From Chiloscyllium plagiosum (taxonomy: Eukaryota): a DNA stretch of 64,000 nt. Position numbers and translations under genes: made by a program. This document shows positions 37,568 through 51,985 of this stretch, piece by piece (within the stretch, counting starts at the first letter, position 1; every line of letters starts with the position of its first letter). The notes beneath the pieces were generated by a model, which did no database searches, was not told the origin of the DNA, and worked only from the letters and a program-made list of their open reading frames with translations. The stretch is taken from contig NC_057720.1 of assembly GCF_004010195.1 (NCBI RefSeq), forward strand, positions 33,480,944 through 33,544,943, in the 5' to 3' direction.

Positions 37568-40500
37568 AATTTGAGGACTTCAGCTATCTCAGGTGTTTGT
37601 AGGGCTTGAGGTGATTCAAGAACGAGAGATGAAACAATGGAGAGATTTGAAAACCATGGTGAGAATTTTTAAGATGTAACTGTTGCTTAACCAAGGAACT
37701 GAATTTTTTTTTCCCCAAGTTTGAGAATGAATTGACACCTGAAGTAAATTATTTAATATCAAAATGTTTAGGACATATTATCCCTGTTTCCAATTTTATC
37801 TGACACTTAAACATCTGATCAGTACTCCACTTATTTGGGGGCGGGGGGGGGTGCACATTGGAAACAATGTTCTAATCCCCCAAAACTGATTCTGTGTTGA
37901 AAGTAGGAATTTTCTTAAACTATTTGTTTATGCGCAGTGGTCCAGATTTTGAGGTACTAATGACTCTGAAACTGTCAATACTCACAGCTATCATTTCTAT
38001 GAAATTCTCAACAATTCTGGAGTTGGTACATGTGCAGCATAACAGGAAATCCAGAGATTGATGTCTATGATTCTACATTTCTCCATAGGATTTACTTTTC
38101 ACTCAACTACAACTTGCAGTATTGAATCCTGTTTAAGCTGCTGCACTTTGGGAGATTGTGAACGTGTTGAAGCAAGTACAGAAATGATTCAGGAGTGTGG
38201 TTCTAGGAGTGAGCAGTTTCAGTTGTGAAGATAAATTGAAGTTAGGATTGTTTCCCTAGTTAGCAAACACTGGGACAGGGGAGGGGTATTCAAAATCATG
38301 AAGGTAAATATGGAGAAACTGCTCCCACTTAAGAGCAAGAGGGCAAATTTACTGAGTTTAAAGAGTTTACTGTTAAGTGATAAGTCAAAAATAATTTTCA
38401 CAGATTAAGTTTAAATGTTTGCAATATCGTGTAAATCAGTGAAAACATTGAAAAGAATAGATCTGTTCACTGAAAAGGAAGATGTTGCAGTTACAAGGAA
38501 GTAGGAAAATGTTGATAAGGGAATTTGTCAGTGAACTGATTTACAGACAGTGAACCATTGAAAATGCAAATTGTTTTTGGATGAGGTGTAACTGGGTTTC
38601 TTTTTAGTGGTGTGGTAAATACATAATCACTGCTGCAAAACCTCCCCGGCTGTGGAATCTCAGACCTCTCCATTGTAAAGATTCAACTCTACTTTTAAAA
38701 AAAAAAAATCAGGTTCTACCTCTGGCCTATATGTCCTAAATATTTATTTCAGCTTCTGTAAACTGTAATTAAAAGTGAAGCATGATTAGTGCACTGTGGT
38801 CTGAGAATACTTGAATATGGTTTCTTATCCTTGACATTACTGCTGGATGCCTGAAAATACCTTGAATACAAAATTCAAGCCAGGAAAGGGGAAATCGGCA
38901 CCACAGATATTGCTACCTCTGAGAGGGAGCTTCCTTTAAGGTCAAGGCTGTGATTTTGCTGTTGATGACAAAATTCAAAGTATATGAGTGCTTGGTTTAT
39001 CCACTCTTGAGCTAGATCCATAATGTAACTGGTGCATTTACCTGATATTCTGTTATGGTGTATATTTTCTGTAAACTGAAACATACCATAGTTTTTACTA
39101 TTTTGGTATTATGTTGTAGAGATTTGTTTCAAATACTTTTATGCCATTGTAGTCTTTCAGTTCAAAACTTGATTTTGAATATGTGTATATACGCATTAAT
39201 GCACATCTGCTAGTAGGTGCAAGCAGAAGAAAGGTATTGCACTGCTTTCTTGGATAGATATTGATAATTAGCTTCACTCTTCATTATCTGCCTTGAATTC
39301 TTAATTATATATGATCATCTGCCAGCTTGTACAAGATGTACTACCTAAATGCTTTGTGTTATGCTGCCTTTTCATCTGTGTTCAAGTGCACGTGATAGTC
39401 TTTGAGCCATAAAATGATAGACAAAAATCAGTTAAATCAAATCAAGCTAAAGTTTTTATTACTTAACATTGTGGCATTTTTGTTGACCCATTTATAGATC
39501 TGTTTATTTTAAAACATTTTCTAAAGTTTTTCCCTTATCCGTCTATAGAAATTCAGTTTTGCATGTCTGTTTTCAAATGTAACTTAATGTGCTGCTGTAG
39601 ACTGTTTTTCTTAATTTTGTGATAGTTATGTGATGCAGCCCAGTTTAGGGGGCACTTTTTCTGTTTATGGATTTGTACTTCAATTTGTGAAATAATTTTA
39701 CAGTTGTCTTGGAAATTTATATTTTGATTTCCAGTTAGTCCTAAACTTGAGAACTAACTTTGCTACTAGCTGGACACATCATGAAGTAAGTTGAAGATGA
39801 GACAGAATATTTGCAAATGGATGCAACAGTTTGAAACTGCGCTTTAATAGTACAAATGTTCAAATCGCAAATGATAGTTAAAGCATTTATTTTTCAAGTA
39901 TATTTGAATTTATTTTTTGAAGGGGATGTGGAAAAATAATTTATGAAGCCAAATTGAAATAGTAATTATACCTGAATCTGATTTCAAATTTATTTTGGAC
40001 AATGACATCTGAGATTAGATACCTGCATCATAAGTGGTACTGCACTGTAAAGATTGCAATTACTTTGATTCTTGCATTTGATTTGACACCTTTTGATGAA
40101 ATGACTGACTATAAAAACATTAGCCAGCAGCAGGATTTGTTCAAGGAACTCTGCATTTTTTTTTCTATACTTTTTAAACCAGGCATGAATTGGAAATGTA
40201 AACTATGACTATTTGAAAATCTTTTCCACGTTGGCATGAGATCAGTTAGTTTATAATGGAAACCATTACATTAACCTCCACCTGCCATGATGTGAAACTT
40301 GGGGTGCATTGTATGTAAACTCGTATTTTAGATCTAAAACACTAGGATGAGAGGGGCAAAATAGTTACAATTCAGTGAAAACTTCTAAAACAAAGGACTT
40401 TGGTTGGGTCTAATGTCTCTCCCTCCTCTTTCTTGCTCCAACCCTCTCTGGCATGTAAGTCCATTTGCATTTTGGAGCAAGCACTCAAACAGATTTGTGG

Positions 40501-43139
40501 AATTTTTGTTATTAATCAAGTAGATTCTCATTGAATTATTTTCATCTGGGATTCTTTATGAACAGTTCAACAGAACCCAAGGTGCAATGGATTATATCAC
40601 CTATAATAAAAAGATGGAGCAAATTAGCTTTTAAGTAACAATGATGTGTAAAGCTAGAGTGAGTTTTCGTGATTGTTCAAGCACGCAATTGTAGAATATT
40701 TTCAAAGCAAATAAAAATGCTGTCTTGGTAAACCTGGTTAGCTATGTTCAACAGTAGTTTGAGTCTTGAAATGGAGACATGTCTTCCTATAACCATATGT
40801 AAAGAGAATGATGTTACAAGTTAAATTGCAGTTTTTGATTGAATAATTATCTGTATATAATGCTCTAGTTTAGCAGGCAATTAATAGAGTGGATTAAATG
40901 GAGCAACCTACTGCATTCTGGTAAATCCTACTGAACTAAATATAGTAACCAGCCCCTTGCATCTATTTGATAGAAAATCTGCCAGAATAGTTCCTGCAGA
41001 TTTGCAGCAGAAGATTTTAAATCGATCATGAGCCTTTCTTATCTCCTTTGTAATGTACATGTTCTTGCAGATTCTTGTATGAAATGTTCATCTCCAATCA
41101 AGGAATTATAACTACTTTGTGTAAAAATAGCCAGAAAATTACTATCTGATTTCTTCATGATGGATGATACTAATTATTTCAAATGTTCTGTGATTATGTT
41201 GAAATGTGCAACTGATAAACTTTGTAGAATGCCATTTGGGAATGTATTCTATGTCGGCACTGTACAGGGTTCAACTTGCAAAATGTCTGAAACAAATTAA
41301 ATTGCGGAGGAACAAAACTGCTGTAGTTTAATTTTGTTTTTTGAGATGACTAGTTGTTTGAAGTTCCTTCAAAGTTTTCAAATTAAAATCGGTCTTGTTA
41401 ATTGGTACCTCCACTTGCTGTTTCTCATTGAGTGCTAAAGAGTGACGGGATAGTTGAGAAGGTTTGATGTTTTGCAGAATAAATGAAAATGGCTTTTTGC
41501 CTATTAAAAATTAATCTATCCAGAAATGTCCTGAATCTTCTCTGTATAGCAACATCCAATTGTTCCTCAAATATTTAAGGTTTGACATTGCTGCTACCCT
41601 ACAGGGAAATCTATTACACATTATTCACTGTGAAGAATACCTGATTTTTTTTCAATTTGTACTTGTTTTCCTTATCCAACTCTCGACTTAAATCATTTTG
41701 GAATCACTCTTCCAGAAATGTAACTATCTTTAATTTTATACGGTAATTACATCAGATTTCTAGTCAATCTTTAGTTTTCTGAAAGCTGGTATCTTGATAT
41801 AATTTTGAAGTCCAAGATCTTCAAATTTAACTTCATGCCCTGATACTACAAATATTTATCTACCTCTTCTCACCACCTGTCTTTAAGAAATTAAATTAAT
41901 TTTATTTATTTACTTTATTTTTTAAATTTATTTAATTTCTCTTTTTTTTCAATAAAATAATGGGTGTGTATTGTCTCTTCATCCGTTTGGAGGGTTTACT
42001 AATCAGAGTTAAAGTAAAAGTATGGTTTATGTTATACCTTCTAGACACAGGGTATGCAGTTACTAATATCAATTGATATGGTTTGATAACATTTAATTAG
42101 TAACAAATACAAAAATAATCAAAGGATACCAGTTTGTGTGTTTTTGCTTTAAAATGGTGTCTGAATGTGCAGCCTGGAATTCCTTTGTGGGCTTGGATTG
42201 GTAAGCCAGCCAGTAATTGAGGGATTGTTGGCAGCTTATTCTCTTTAAAATTCTCTTGCAAAATCTTCCTGAGGAAGTTTTCCTGAATTTTAACTTACAG
42301 CGAACAATATAGGTTGCTTTTTTTCAGGCCAAAGGCTTTTCTTTGTAGCTTGACTGCTATTACAAAATTGTAAAATTAAAAAGGCAGTTGGGTTCAATAT
42401 TATATGGGAATCATATTACCAGGTCTCCTGGCAAGGAGATGCAGTTACTGTCTAGACAAAGGCTTGCATTGCAGCAGATAAAAGTCATACTTCACTAATT
42501 CTGTGTTTCTCTGTCCACATGCTGTCAGGCTGGCTGAGTTCCTCAACTATGATTTCACATTTTCAGTTTCTGTAGTATTTTGCTTTTAACTGGACATAAC
42601 CCATTCCATGGATTGTGGAAGGTCATACATACACAGGTATTTTCTGTCAGCCTCTTAGAGATATTATGACACACTTTGGGAGCAAGTGGGACTTGAACCC
42701 AAGCTTCCTGGCTCAAAGGTAGGAACACTACTACACCACAAGAGCTCCTCTGAACACATCCTGTAAGTTGTGTGTAATTTCCAATTAAATTACAAAGGGG
42801 TTTTTCTTGGAGACAATTTCTATAAGCAGCTTATTACAATAGTTTTGCATTCTAGTCTCATCAGAAAGTGTAAGATATTGATTGTCTGGATGAAGGTGTC
42901 TGAGAACCTTCTAAAAGGTTATTGTTAAGTACAGTTACCTGATTTTAGAACCCATCTTTTAGGGTTGTTTAATGTGTTTCTAAATCAGTCGTTAATTTTG
43001 AATGCACATCTATAGAAGTTAATTTTTAAAATTCTAATGTATACATTCAAAACAAATATCCAATTTTGAGATATTTGGGAGCTAATAAAGGCCCCATAAC
43101 GTCTTCTAATTTTTCAACACACTACATTTTTCCCCTACA

Positions 43140-43332
43140 TTTACCCCTTCACCTAACTCTATGGGCAATTTAGCATGACCAATTCACCTAACCTGCACAT
43201 CTTTGGATTGTGGGAGGAAACCGGAGGAAACCCAAGTAGACATGGGGAGAATGTGCAAACTCCCAAGGTGGGAATTGAACCCGGGTCTCTGGCACTGTGA
43301 GGCAGCAGTGCTAACCACTGTGCCACCGTGTC
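43140..43332 (-). mobile_element. HE1-like V-SINE inserted next to an old minus-strand CR1 (about 43335-44195)
   Basis: Reverse complement of SINE head and V-domain. ORF 44005..44193 has CR1-like KTNLGPLQSETG. Confidence 0.75.
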
Positions 43333-44803
43333 TGTCATAAATCATTAAATACATATTGTTAATAGCTAGATCCAAGCATTGGTTCCTGTGGTACCCTACT
43401 AGTCACTACCTGCCATTTGGAAAAAGACCCTTTTATTCCTAGTTTATTTCCTATCTACCAACAATTTTATATCTATCTTGATATACTACGCAACCCCCAT
43501 ACATTTTGATTTTTCATGTTAATCTCTTATTTGGGACTTCCAAAAGGCTTTCAACAAAGTCCAAATAAATTTCAACTGGCTCCCATTCATCAATTTCAAT
43601 AGTTACATCCTTAATTATTTCCAGTACATCTATCAATTGTAATTTCCCCTTCATAAATCAGTGCTGACCCTATTCAATCCTGTCATTTTTCTGAGTGCTC
43701 TACTATTTAAAGCTTTTATGATGTACTCTAATGTTTCTCCACAACTGACATCAGCCTGACCAGTGTATAATACCCAGTTTTCTCTCTACCTCCTTTCTTA
43801 AATATTAGGCTTATGTTATCAGCCCTCCAATCTGTAAGGAATTGTTTCAGAGTCTATAAAATCATGGAAGACCACCAATGCATCTATTATTTCTGGCAGC
43901 ACTTAATTTTTCTGGGATGCAAACATATCAGGCCCTGAGGTTGTATTGACCTTCAAACCCATCAATTTCCCCCACATTACTTTTCTACCAGTACTGATAT
44001 TTCTTTAGTTTTGCTCTCTCACTAGCTCCACAATCTTCAACATTTCTGGTATGTAATTTGTCCTCATTTGTGAACACAGAATTAAGGTACACATTAGTTG
44101 TTCAGCTATTTCTTTGCTCCCTGTAATAAACTTCCCAGTTTCTGACTGTAGGGGACCTAGATTTGTCTTCACCATTCTTTTTTTTCTTTTCATGTACCCA
44201 GAAAGTTAACATGCTGGCAAAATGATTATTCACATAAACTCAACAAATATACCTTTAAGAGCAAGACAATTGGAAAAATGAAATTCAAACCAGAAAGTGT
44301 TTCTCTTCTTTCTAAATGTAAACCAAAAGAATCCGAGTCAGAGATGTACAATGTGGAAACAGACCCTTCGGTCCAACTCGTCCATGCTGACTAGGTATCC
44401 TAAACTAATCCAGTCCCATGTGCCAGTACTTCATCCAGAAGCTGTTGCTGCAGATTAAAAGAACATGAACAAAGGGGCGTCGATTTAAATATAAATTAAA
44501 TTTCTAAATGCAAAAGAGGCAAGGGTGACAAGACAAAGATTTTTCTACAGCATACAGTTTTGGTATGGAATGGCTTTGCCTGGAAATGTGGTGGAGGCTA
44601 GTTCAATTGAAGGATTGAAGAGTGCATTGATGATTATTTGGACTGACATCTGTTCTCCAGTCTCTATCAAAGCTGCTTTGTAATTAATTGATAGATGGTA
44701 TGGAAGAGAACAGTTCATGACTACAGGAACTTTAATATTTATTTCTCTCAAAACTTCCACTTTTATCCCTTTAAGCAATTTAGTTCTGCTCTCTCGCTGG
44801 CAA

Positions 44804-44928
44804 CTGAAGAAGGGCTTATGCCCGAAACGTTGATTCTCCTGTTCCCTGGATGCTGCCTGACCTGCTGAGCCTTTCCAGCAACACATTTCCAGCTCTGATC
44901 TCCAGCATCTGCAGACCTCACTCTCTCC
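44804..44928 (+). mobile_element. Monomeric HHR family C mini-element
   Basis: CTGAAGA A GGGC TTAT GCCC GAAACGTT, then the GATGCTGCCTGACCTGCTG...CCAGCATCTGCAG tail. Confidence 0.75.
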
Positions 44929-45369
44929 GCAATTGAAGTTATATCTTGTTAATTAGGTTACACGATAGAAAATGGTTCTGATTCAATACCATTTAAAGTT
45001 GGCACTAATTCACATTGCAACTTCAAATGAATAATACAAGTATATTCTCAAACATTATTCAACCTGTATAATGCAAAAATTTCAAGCAGCATTGTAGAGA
45101 ATTGAGAACTAATGTCAAATCAAATGTTTAGAAAGTTGGTTGTATGCAAAGTAGGTACATTTGAAAAAGAGGTTAAATATTGAATTAATCTTTCAAGGAG
45201 CAAATGAATTTGTATTCTCGAGGAAATAGAATTTTAAAAGTTGAGTTATTCAGGGTGAAATATCCTAATCACTCTTTGAAACAACACCTCGTCACTGATG
45301 CTATATTTGGAAAAAAGTAAATTAGCAGTTTTGTTATTTTGGTTTAGACAAATGCAATCTTTGCTTCAA

Positions 45370-45510
45370 TAAAAGCAAATTACTGCGAATGCTGGAATCT
45401 GAAACCAAAAAAGAGAAAATGCTGGAAAATCTCAGCAAGTCTTGCAACATCTGTAAGGAGAGAAAAGAGCTGACGTTTCGAGTCTAACTGATCGTTTTGT
45501 CAAAGCTAAA
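45370..45510 (-). mobile_element. Mini-element with U3-A8 hammerhead variant (45468-45507)
   Basis: Reverse complement: AGCU UUGACAA AA CGAUC AGUUA GACUC GAAACGUC AGCU. Same subfamily as 52514-52645. Confidence 0.7.
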
Positions 45511-45974
45511 ACAAAAAGGAGAAATAGGGAGGTATTTATACTAGGTTGAGTGAAGGTGAGTCAAGGCTCCAGAAGCAAAGGTAACAATCTTTGCTTCCTT
45601 TGATTCACTTCAACTGAATTGAAAATCAGTTTGGGAATTAATCAGGATTCCAATATTCTGTTATTCAATGTCACACCAGACCCTAATATTTCAAAGCAGA
45701 TTGGCACAAATGTCAGTTTATAATATGAGCACCAAGCATTGTTTATAAAATGGAATCAGGTGAGATTAAATTTGAATTCCACATTAACATAAGGTTTATA
45801 ATCTTCGTGGATTTCAGACCTGGAAATTTCACATGCGAGTGTACCAAATGTGAAATGTGCCCAGTTTTTTGGCTGTGATCCAAGTTATTGGCCATATGGT
45901 TTGAAGAATCACTGTCTACATAAAGTGCTATGTGCAAAGACATGGGTTGATTGTGAATCAGTGGATATATGATT

Positions 45975-46230
45975 AGATTCCCTACAGTGAGTAACCCACC
46001 CAGACCCATTCCCCTCTGACTACAGTAAAGCACCTAACACTAATGGCACGCTAGTATGGCAAATTCGCCTGACCTGCACATCTTTGGATTGGGAGGAAAC
46101 TGGCACATCTGGAGAAAACCCACACAATCATGGGGAGAATGTGCAAACTCCACACACCTGCAGCTGGAATCGAACTGGGTCATTGGCACTGTGAAGTAGC
46201 AGTGCTAACCACTAAGCCACTGTGCCACCC
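45975..46230 (-). mobile_element. HE1-like V-SINE (degenerate)
   Basis: Reverse complement of head and V-domain. Confidence 0.75.
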
Positions 46231-46572
46231 AGAGGTGGAATGCTGGGTGTATCTTGATACTATTCCAATCCAAGAATTGCTACATCAGTTAGTGTTAGTC
46301 AACTGGTTAACTTTAGTTGCCATTTTACATTCAGCTGGCCCATGAAATCAGATGAAATATATTGAGCTGAATACAGCAATCTATTTTTACATACTTGAGG
46401 GTGGTTTTTTTGAAAAAAAAAGCCACCAGTTTAGCAAACTTTCTAAAATAAATAAAAATATATTTACTGTAATGAGCTATGTTATCATACATTGGATAAA
46501 CTTCCAATGACAGAAATTTCATGTTTTGAAAAAATTCGCTTGAGATGCTATCTAGGCACCCACAGTAACTGT

Positions 46573-46789
46573 GCTGGAAGAGCACAGCAATTCAGGCAGC
46601 ATCCGAGGAGCTTCGAAATCGACATTTCGGGCAAAAGCCCTTCATCAGGAGGCTTTTGTCCGAAACGTCGATTTCGAAGCTTTTCGGACACTACAGGTGA
46701 CCCTACTACACTATACACTCACACGTAAGCGCACACACACATGACACTGATCCAGAATCTGGTTTCCAGCATCTGCAGTCATTGTTTTT
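46573..46789. mobile_element. Palindromic HHR family C mini-element with a replaced segment in the right arm
   Basis: Inverted arms. 15-bp TSD ACCCAC(A/T)GTAACTGT (46558-46572 / 46790-46804). Confidence 0.8.
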
Positions 46790-47259
46790 ACCCACTGTAA
46801 CTGTATTCATTCTCTAAATCAAGTTAACCTTGACTGCCATCTCCTGGATTTCTGAGAAATTACAGATTTATTCCTTTATAAATGAAAGCAAGCAAACAAA
46901 TTAACAATCTGCTTAACCTTATAAATTGTGCATATTTGCATTAAATCTGGAAAATATGCATTTTATAATTCAGAAGCTGTAACAGATTCATATCAAACTC
47001 CATACAGGTACAATATAACAATGCAGCTGGTCCTGTACAATTCAGGTCTGCCAAATGATGTACTACTACCATATTTAAGTCCTATCATTTATTGTCATGT
47101 GTACCTAAGTACAGTAAAAAGCTTTGTTTATGAACAGTATAAGCACATCATTGTAAGAAAGGACAAACAGGTCATAGGGTGAAAGAAAACTTAAAGACAT
47201 ACAAGTTACATCTCACAGGGTGTGCACAAGGCAAAAATCAACATTCGCAAGATCAGCAT

Positions 47260-47700
47260 TATTTGAAGTTGGAGAGTCCATTCATCAGCCTAACAATGGC
47301 CAGGAAGAAGCTGTTCCTGAACCTGCTAGTGCTTATGTTCAAGCTTCTGTATCTTCTGCCTGATGGAAGAGGTTGTAGGAGAGCATTGCTGGGGTATGAT
47401 GGGTCTTTGATGTTGGCAGCCTTTCCATGGTAACTAGCCGTGTAAATGGAGTCTATGGATGGCAGGTTAGCTTCTGTAATGGTCTGAGCAGTGCACGCAA
47501 CCTTCTGTAGGTTTTTACAGTCCTGGGCAGAGTAGTTGCCATACATGGCTGCTATGCATCTGAACAGTATGCTTTCAATGGTGCATCTGTAAAAGTTGCT
47601 GAGGGATGTTATGGATGTGCCAAATTTCCTGAGCTGCCTGAGGAAAAAGAGGCATTGTTGTGCCTCCTTGGCCATTGCATCTACATGGGAAGTCCAGGAC
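47260..47700 (-). mobile_element. Rex1/Babar-like LINE 3' fragment
   Basis: ORF 47259..47744: AQQCLFFLRQLRKFG...NFYRCTIESIL...LPSGRRYRS...RFRNSFF. Confidence 0.8.
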
Positions 47701-50700
47701 TTAAAAGACCATTCAGTAAATACTTTATAAATAATTGTTTGCATATTTATTTCAGATGTAAAATTGAATACAATTTGAGTCAGTTTCCCAAACTACTTTA
47801 GTTAGTAATTAAAATTAAGTATCTTCTATCTAGTCTCAGTTGGCATGTCTGCGAATATGACTCATTGACACCTTTTGTAAACATTTTAGATCAGATTGTG
47901 AGGGAACAATAGCAGGGAGTTTATACGAATGCAGATTAATAGAAAAACCCTTTGCTTAAAGTGGTAATCATGATGTGGAGGTGCCAATGTTGGACTGCGG
48001 TGGACAAGGTTTAAAAATCACACAACACCAAATAAACCTGTTGGTTTATGATAATGTTTATCTATATTTTTAATATGCAGAATAATGAAAACTGGGTCCT
48101 TTCTCCATTTCTCCAGCAATTTCTGAGCTCTGCTTTATCTTCCATCATTATTGCTACTGAACCTATGTTCACCGAGACTGCTTCTATTTTGGTACCTGAT
48201 TTACTTCCCTGGGCTGCTTTTCTGCTTTTCCACTGGGGATTTTTCATTCTACACTGAACTTGCTCTGATCTGCTCCTGCTGGTTTATAATCTGTTCAAAA
48301 AGATTGCCAAGCTGTTGAATGATCCCTGCTTTGCTGCCATCTGTTTGCATTGTGTAGCCAAAATAATTTTTCAGAACCCCTCAAATCACCTCTTGCTGGT
48401 CTGGCTTTGACCAGAATCCCACTCTCCTACTTCTGATCTTTTGTGGCCTTCACCTTTTAACAGTTGGACCTTTGACCATCTCATTCTTTCAAAACTCTAA
48501 TTTTTGGAAAGGTTCCTGTAGACTGGAAAGTAGTAAATGTAATTCTCCTATTTAAGAAGGGAGGCAGAGGGAGAATGGAGGACTATAAGGCCTGGTCATT
48601 TAATGTCAATAATGGGGAAATTGTTAGATTCTGTTGTGAAGGATGTGATGGCTAAACAGTTTAGAAAACAATATGGTAAAATTGGGTAATCAACATGAAT
48701 CTATGAAAGGGAAATTATGTTTGACAAATTCGTTTGAGTTTTTAAGATTACTTGCAGCATTGATAAAGAAGAACCAGTACATGTGATGTATTTGGCTTTC
48801 CAGAAGACTTCTTATAAGGTTCTTTGCAAGAGATTAATACGGTGGCTCAGTGATCAACACTGCTTCCTTACAGCGACAAGGACCTGGGTTCAATTCCACT
48901 CTCTGGCTTTGAGTTTGTACATTCTCTCTGTGTCTGTGTGAGTTTCCTCTAGGTGTTCCAGCTGTGCAAAGATGTGCAGGTCTGACAGATTGATCATGCT
49001 AAATTGTCCATAGGGATGTGCAGACCATTTAAGACTGAGAGGAGATGGAATTTCTTTGGAATTCTCAATCCCAAAGTCTCTGGAAGCTCAATCATTGAGT
49101 GTGTTCAAGACAGCAACTCAATAGATTTCTGAAGACTTATTATTCCATGGGTACATGAAGATAGTACAGGAAACAGGCATTGAGGCAGATGACCAGTCAT
49201 GATCGAATTGAATAGTGGACAGGCTCAATGGGCTGAATGGCCCACTCCTATTCCTACATCCCACCACTGTCCTAGTTCCATTCATGCACCTTTCATCCCT
49301 ATTCTCTTTCTCCTTGGAATTCATTCCTTTGTTCCATTTTGTCCTGTCACCATTCCAGATCCATCTGATGTATAGTGCTAACACTAGAGGTCACTGATCA
49401 CGTCCTCTTGTTCCTGGATTCACCTTTGCTGGCTCACAGTTGATTCTCCATCCCCATTTGGTAGTTAATTTATGGAATTCAATGTAGCTAAGTGCGAGGT
49501 GATTCACTTTGGGAAGAATAACAAAAAGATGGGGTACTTCCAGCAATGATGGGGACTACTTATGATTTACAAACTCTTCATTTTCTGCATTTCTTGGTAG
49601 ATTTGCTACAGAAATAAATTAGGGCAGTAATTGAGTTACAGCTTGGTATAATCCATATTGTGCTGTGAATTTGCCAGACTGAAGTGGTGTGGAATGAACA
49701 TTGTTTCAGTGCTGCAAACAATCAAACTTAATCAAAAATAATGCACTCAAATATTTCAGAAGTTGCAAGTTTGACTTTTAGCTTCAGGGATGATTGATGT
49801 CAAATCACTTTCATGAACAACCAGAGGCCCCTTAGAAACCCAGCCACTCTCATGTGTCTAGATGGTCTCCACAAACACTGCTGTTTAACCTGATGTATGT
49901 CATTTCGAGGTACTGCCACATAAGCAGGTTTTGGTAGGTATGACTGAAATTAGAGTGGGTAAACAAGGTTAATATCTATTAGAGTAATCCTATTTCTGCA
50001 AACAGGGTCAGGGAGAGTAGACAGTGATGAATTATTTAGGCAACCAAATTGGACTTGGAGAAATCTGTTGATTTATTTATTGTATTGAGGAAGTAATTTA
50101 TTTGGAACAATTGGGAATTTATTTCTTCCAGGCAGTGAATTAAGTATTTATTTGTTCGAGTCAATTGATCATTCATTTGCTTCAGACAATTAATTATTTA
50201 TAAATGTCAATTGTACGTTTAATTATTCACGTCAGTCTGTAAAATGATCATTTACTTGAGACTTGTCAGTTGCAAACTTCAGGCACTATGAAATGTCTTC
50301 AAAGATTTCTTTATGTGATTGTAGTATTTGCTCAGTGACTTATTTATTAACTTACGACTGTCAAGCTGAAATAAAAACAAAGATTGCCAAAAACAGCCAG
50401 CAGGACAACCAGCATATGTAGAGAACAGGGAAGTTGATGAGGTTTCAGATGGGGCTTATTCATCATAACTGGAAGATATTCTTCTTTGTTCAAGTTTTTC
50501 GACACATGAGAAGAACACACATGCTTATATCTGTTTCCATAGCTAGAATTTTACTGGAACTGGTCATGAGATCATCACCAGAGACTACAGCTTGAGTGGC
50601 ACTACTCCATATGAAGCATGGTTGACTAGAAGACTCTCCCACTCTTGCAGTCTTCCACAGGAGTATCAGAAAGACTTAAAAAACTGAAAACCAATCTGCT

Positions 50701-50959
50701 CTGACCACATTACAAATGCACCATCCATTGCCATCAAATCCTCTGGTCCAGAGGTAGGTAAACAACCAATTTTGTCATTAGAGCAGACTGATAAACAATC
50801 AAATGGAAGCAGAATGATGGGAAAAAGTGCACACACACAAAAAAAATCCTTACAAATTATTTCCTCTCTTCAGACACTTTGAAAAATTCCCAATATTCCT
50901 TTTGGAATAAAAGAGACTTTAACCCTCGAATCCATTTGTAATCTTGTTCTTCTCTCCCG

Positions 50960-51985
50960 AGTCATAGTCATAGAGATGTACAGCATGGATACAGATCCTT
51001 CGGTCCAACTCGTTCATGCCAACTAGATATCCCAACCCAATCTAGTCCCACCTGCCAGTACCTGGCCCATATCCCTCCAAACCCTTCCTATTCAGATACC
51101 CATCCAGATGCCTTTTAAATGTTGCGATTTTACCAGCCTCCACCACTTCCTCTGGCAGCTCATTCCATACACGTAACGCCCTCTGTGAAAAATTTGTCCC
51201 GTAGGTCTCTTTTATATCTTTCCCCTCTCACTCTAAATCTATGCCCCCTAGTTCTGGACTCCCCGACCCCTGGGAAAAGACTTTGTCTATTTATCCTAAC
51301 CATGCCCCTCATAATTTTGTAAACCTCTATAAACCTCAACCTCCAACGCTCCAGGGAAAACAGCCCCAGCCTGTTCAGCCTCTCCCCATAGCTCAAATCC
51401 TCCAACCCTGGNNNNNNNNNNNNNNNNNNNNNNNNNNNNNNNNNNNTGCTAAGATTTGCTTTCCCAAAATGCAGCACCTCTCATTTATCTGAATTAAACT
51501 CCATCTGCCACTTCTCAGCCCATTGGCCCATCTGGTCAAGATCCTGTTGTAATCGGAGGTAACCTTCTTCGCTGTCCATTACACCTCCAATTTTGGTGTC
51601 ATCTGCAAACTTACTAATTGTACCTGTTATGCTCACATCCAAATCATTTATGTAAATGACAAAAAGTAGAGGACCCAGCACAGATACTTGTGGCACTCTA
51701 CTGATCACAGGTCTCCAGTCTGAAAAACAATCCTCCACCACCACCCTCTGTCTTCTATCTTTGAGCCAGTTCTCTATCCAAATGGCTACTTCTCCCTGTC
51801 TATTTACCCTATCCAAGTCCCTCATGAATTTATAAACCTCTATAAAGTCACCCCTCAGCCTCTGACACTCCAGGGAAAACAGCCCTTGCCTATTCAACCT
51901 CTCCCTATAGCTCAAATTCTCCAACCCTGGCAACATCCTTGTAAATCTTTTCTGAACTCTTTCAAGTTTCACAACATCTTTCTGA
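50960..51985 (-). mobile_element. CR1/HER1-like LINE 3' part, rearranged; contains N gap 51412-51446
   Basis: ORFs 51160..51477 and 51481..52014 carry CR1 RT motifs. Confidence 0.88.
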
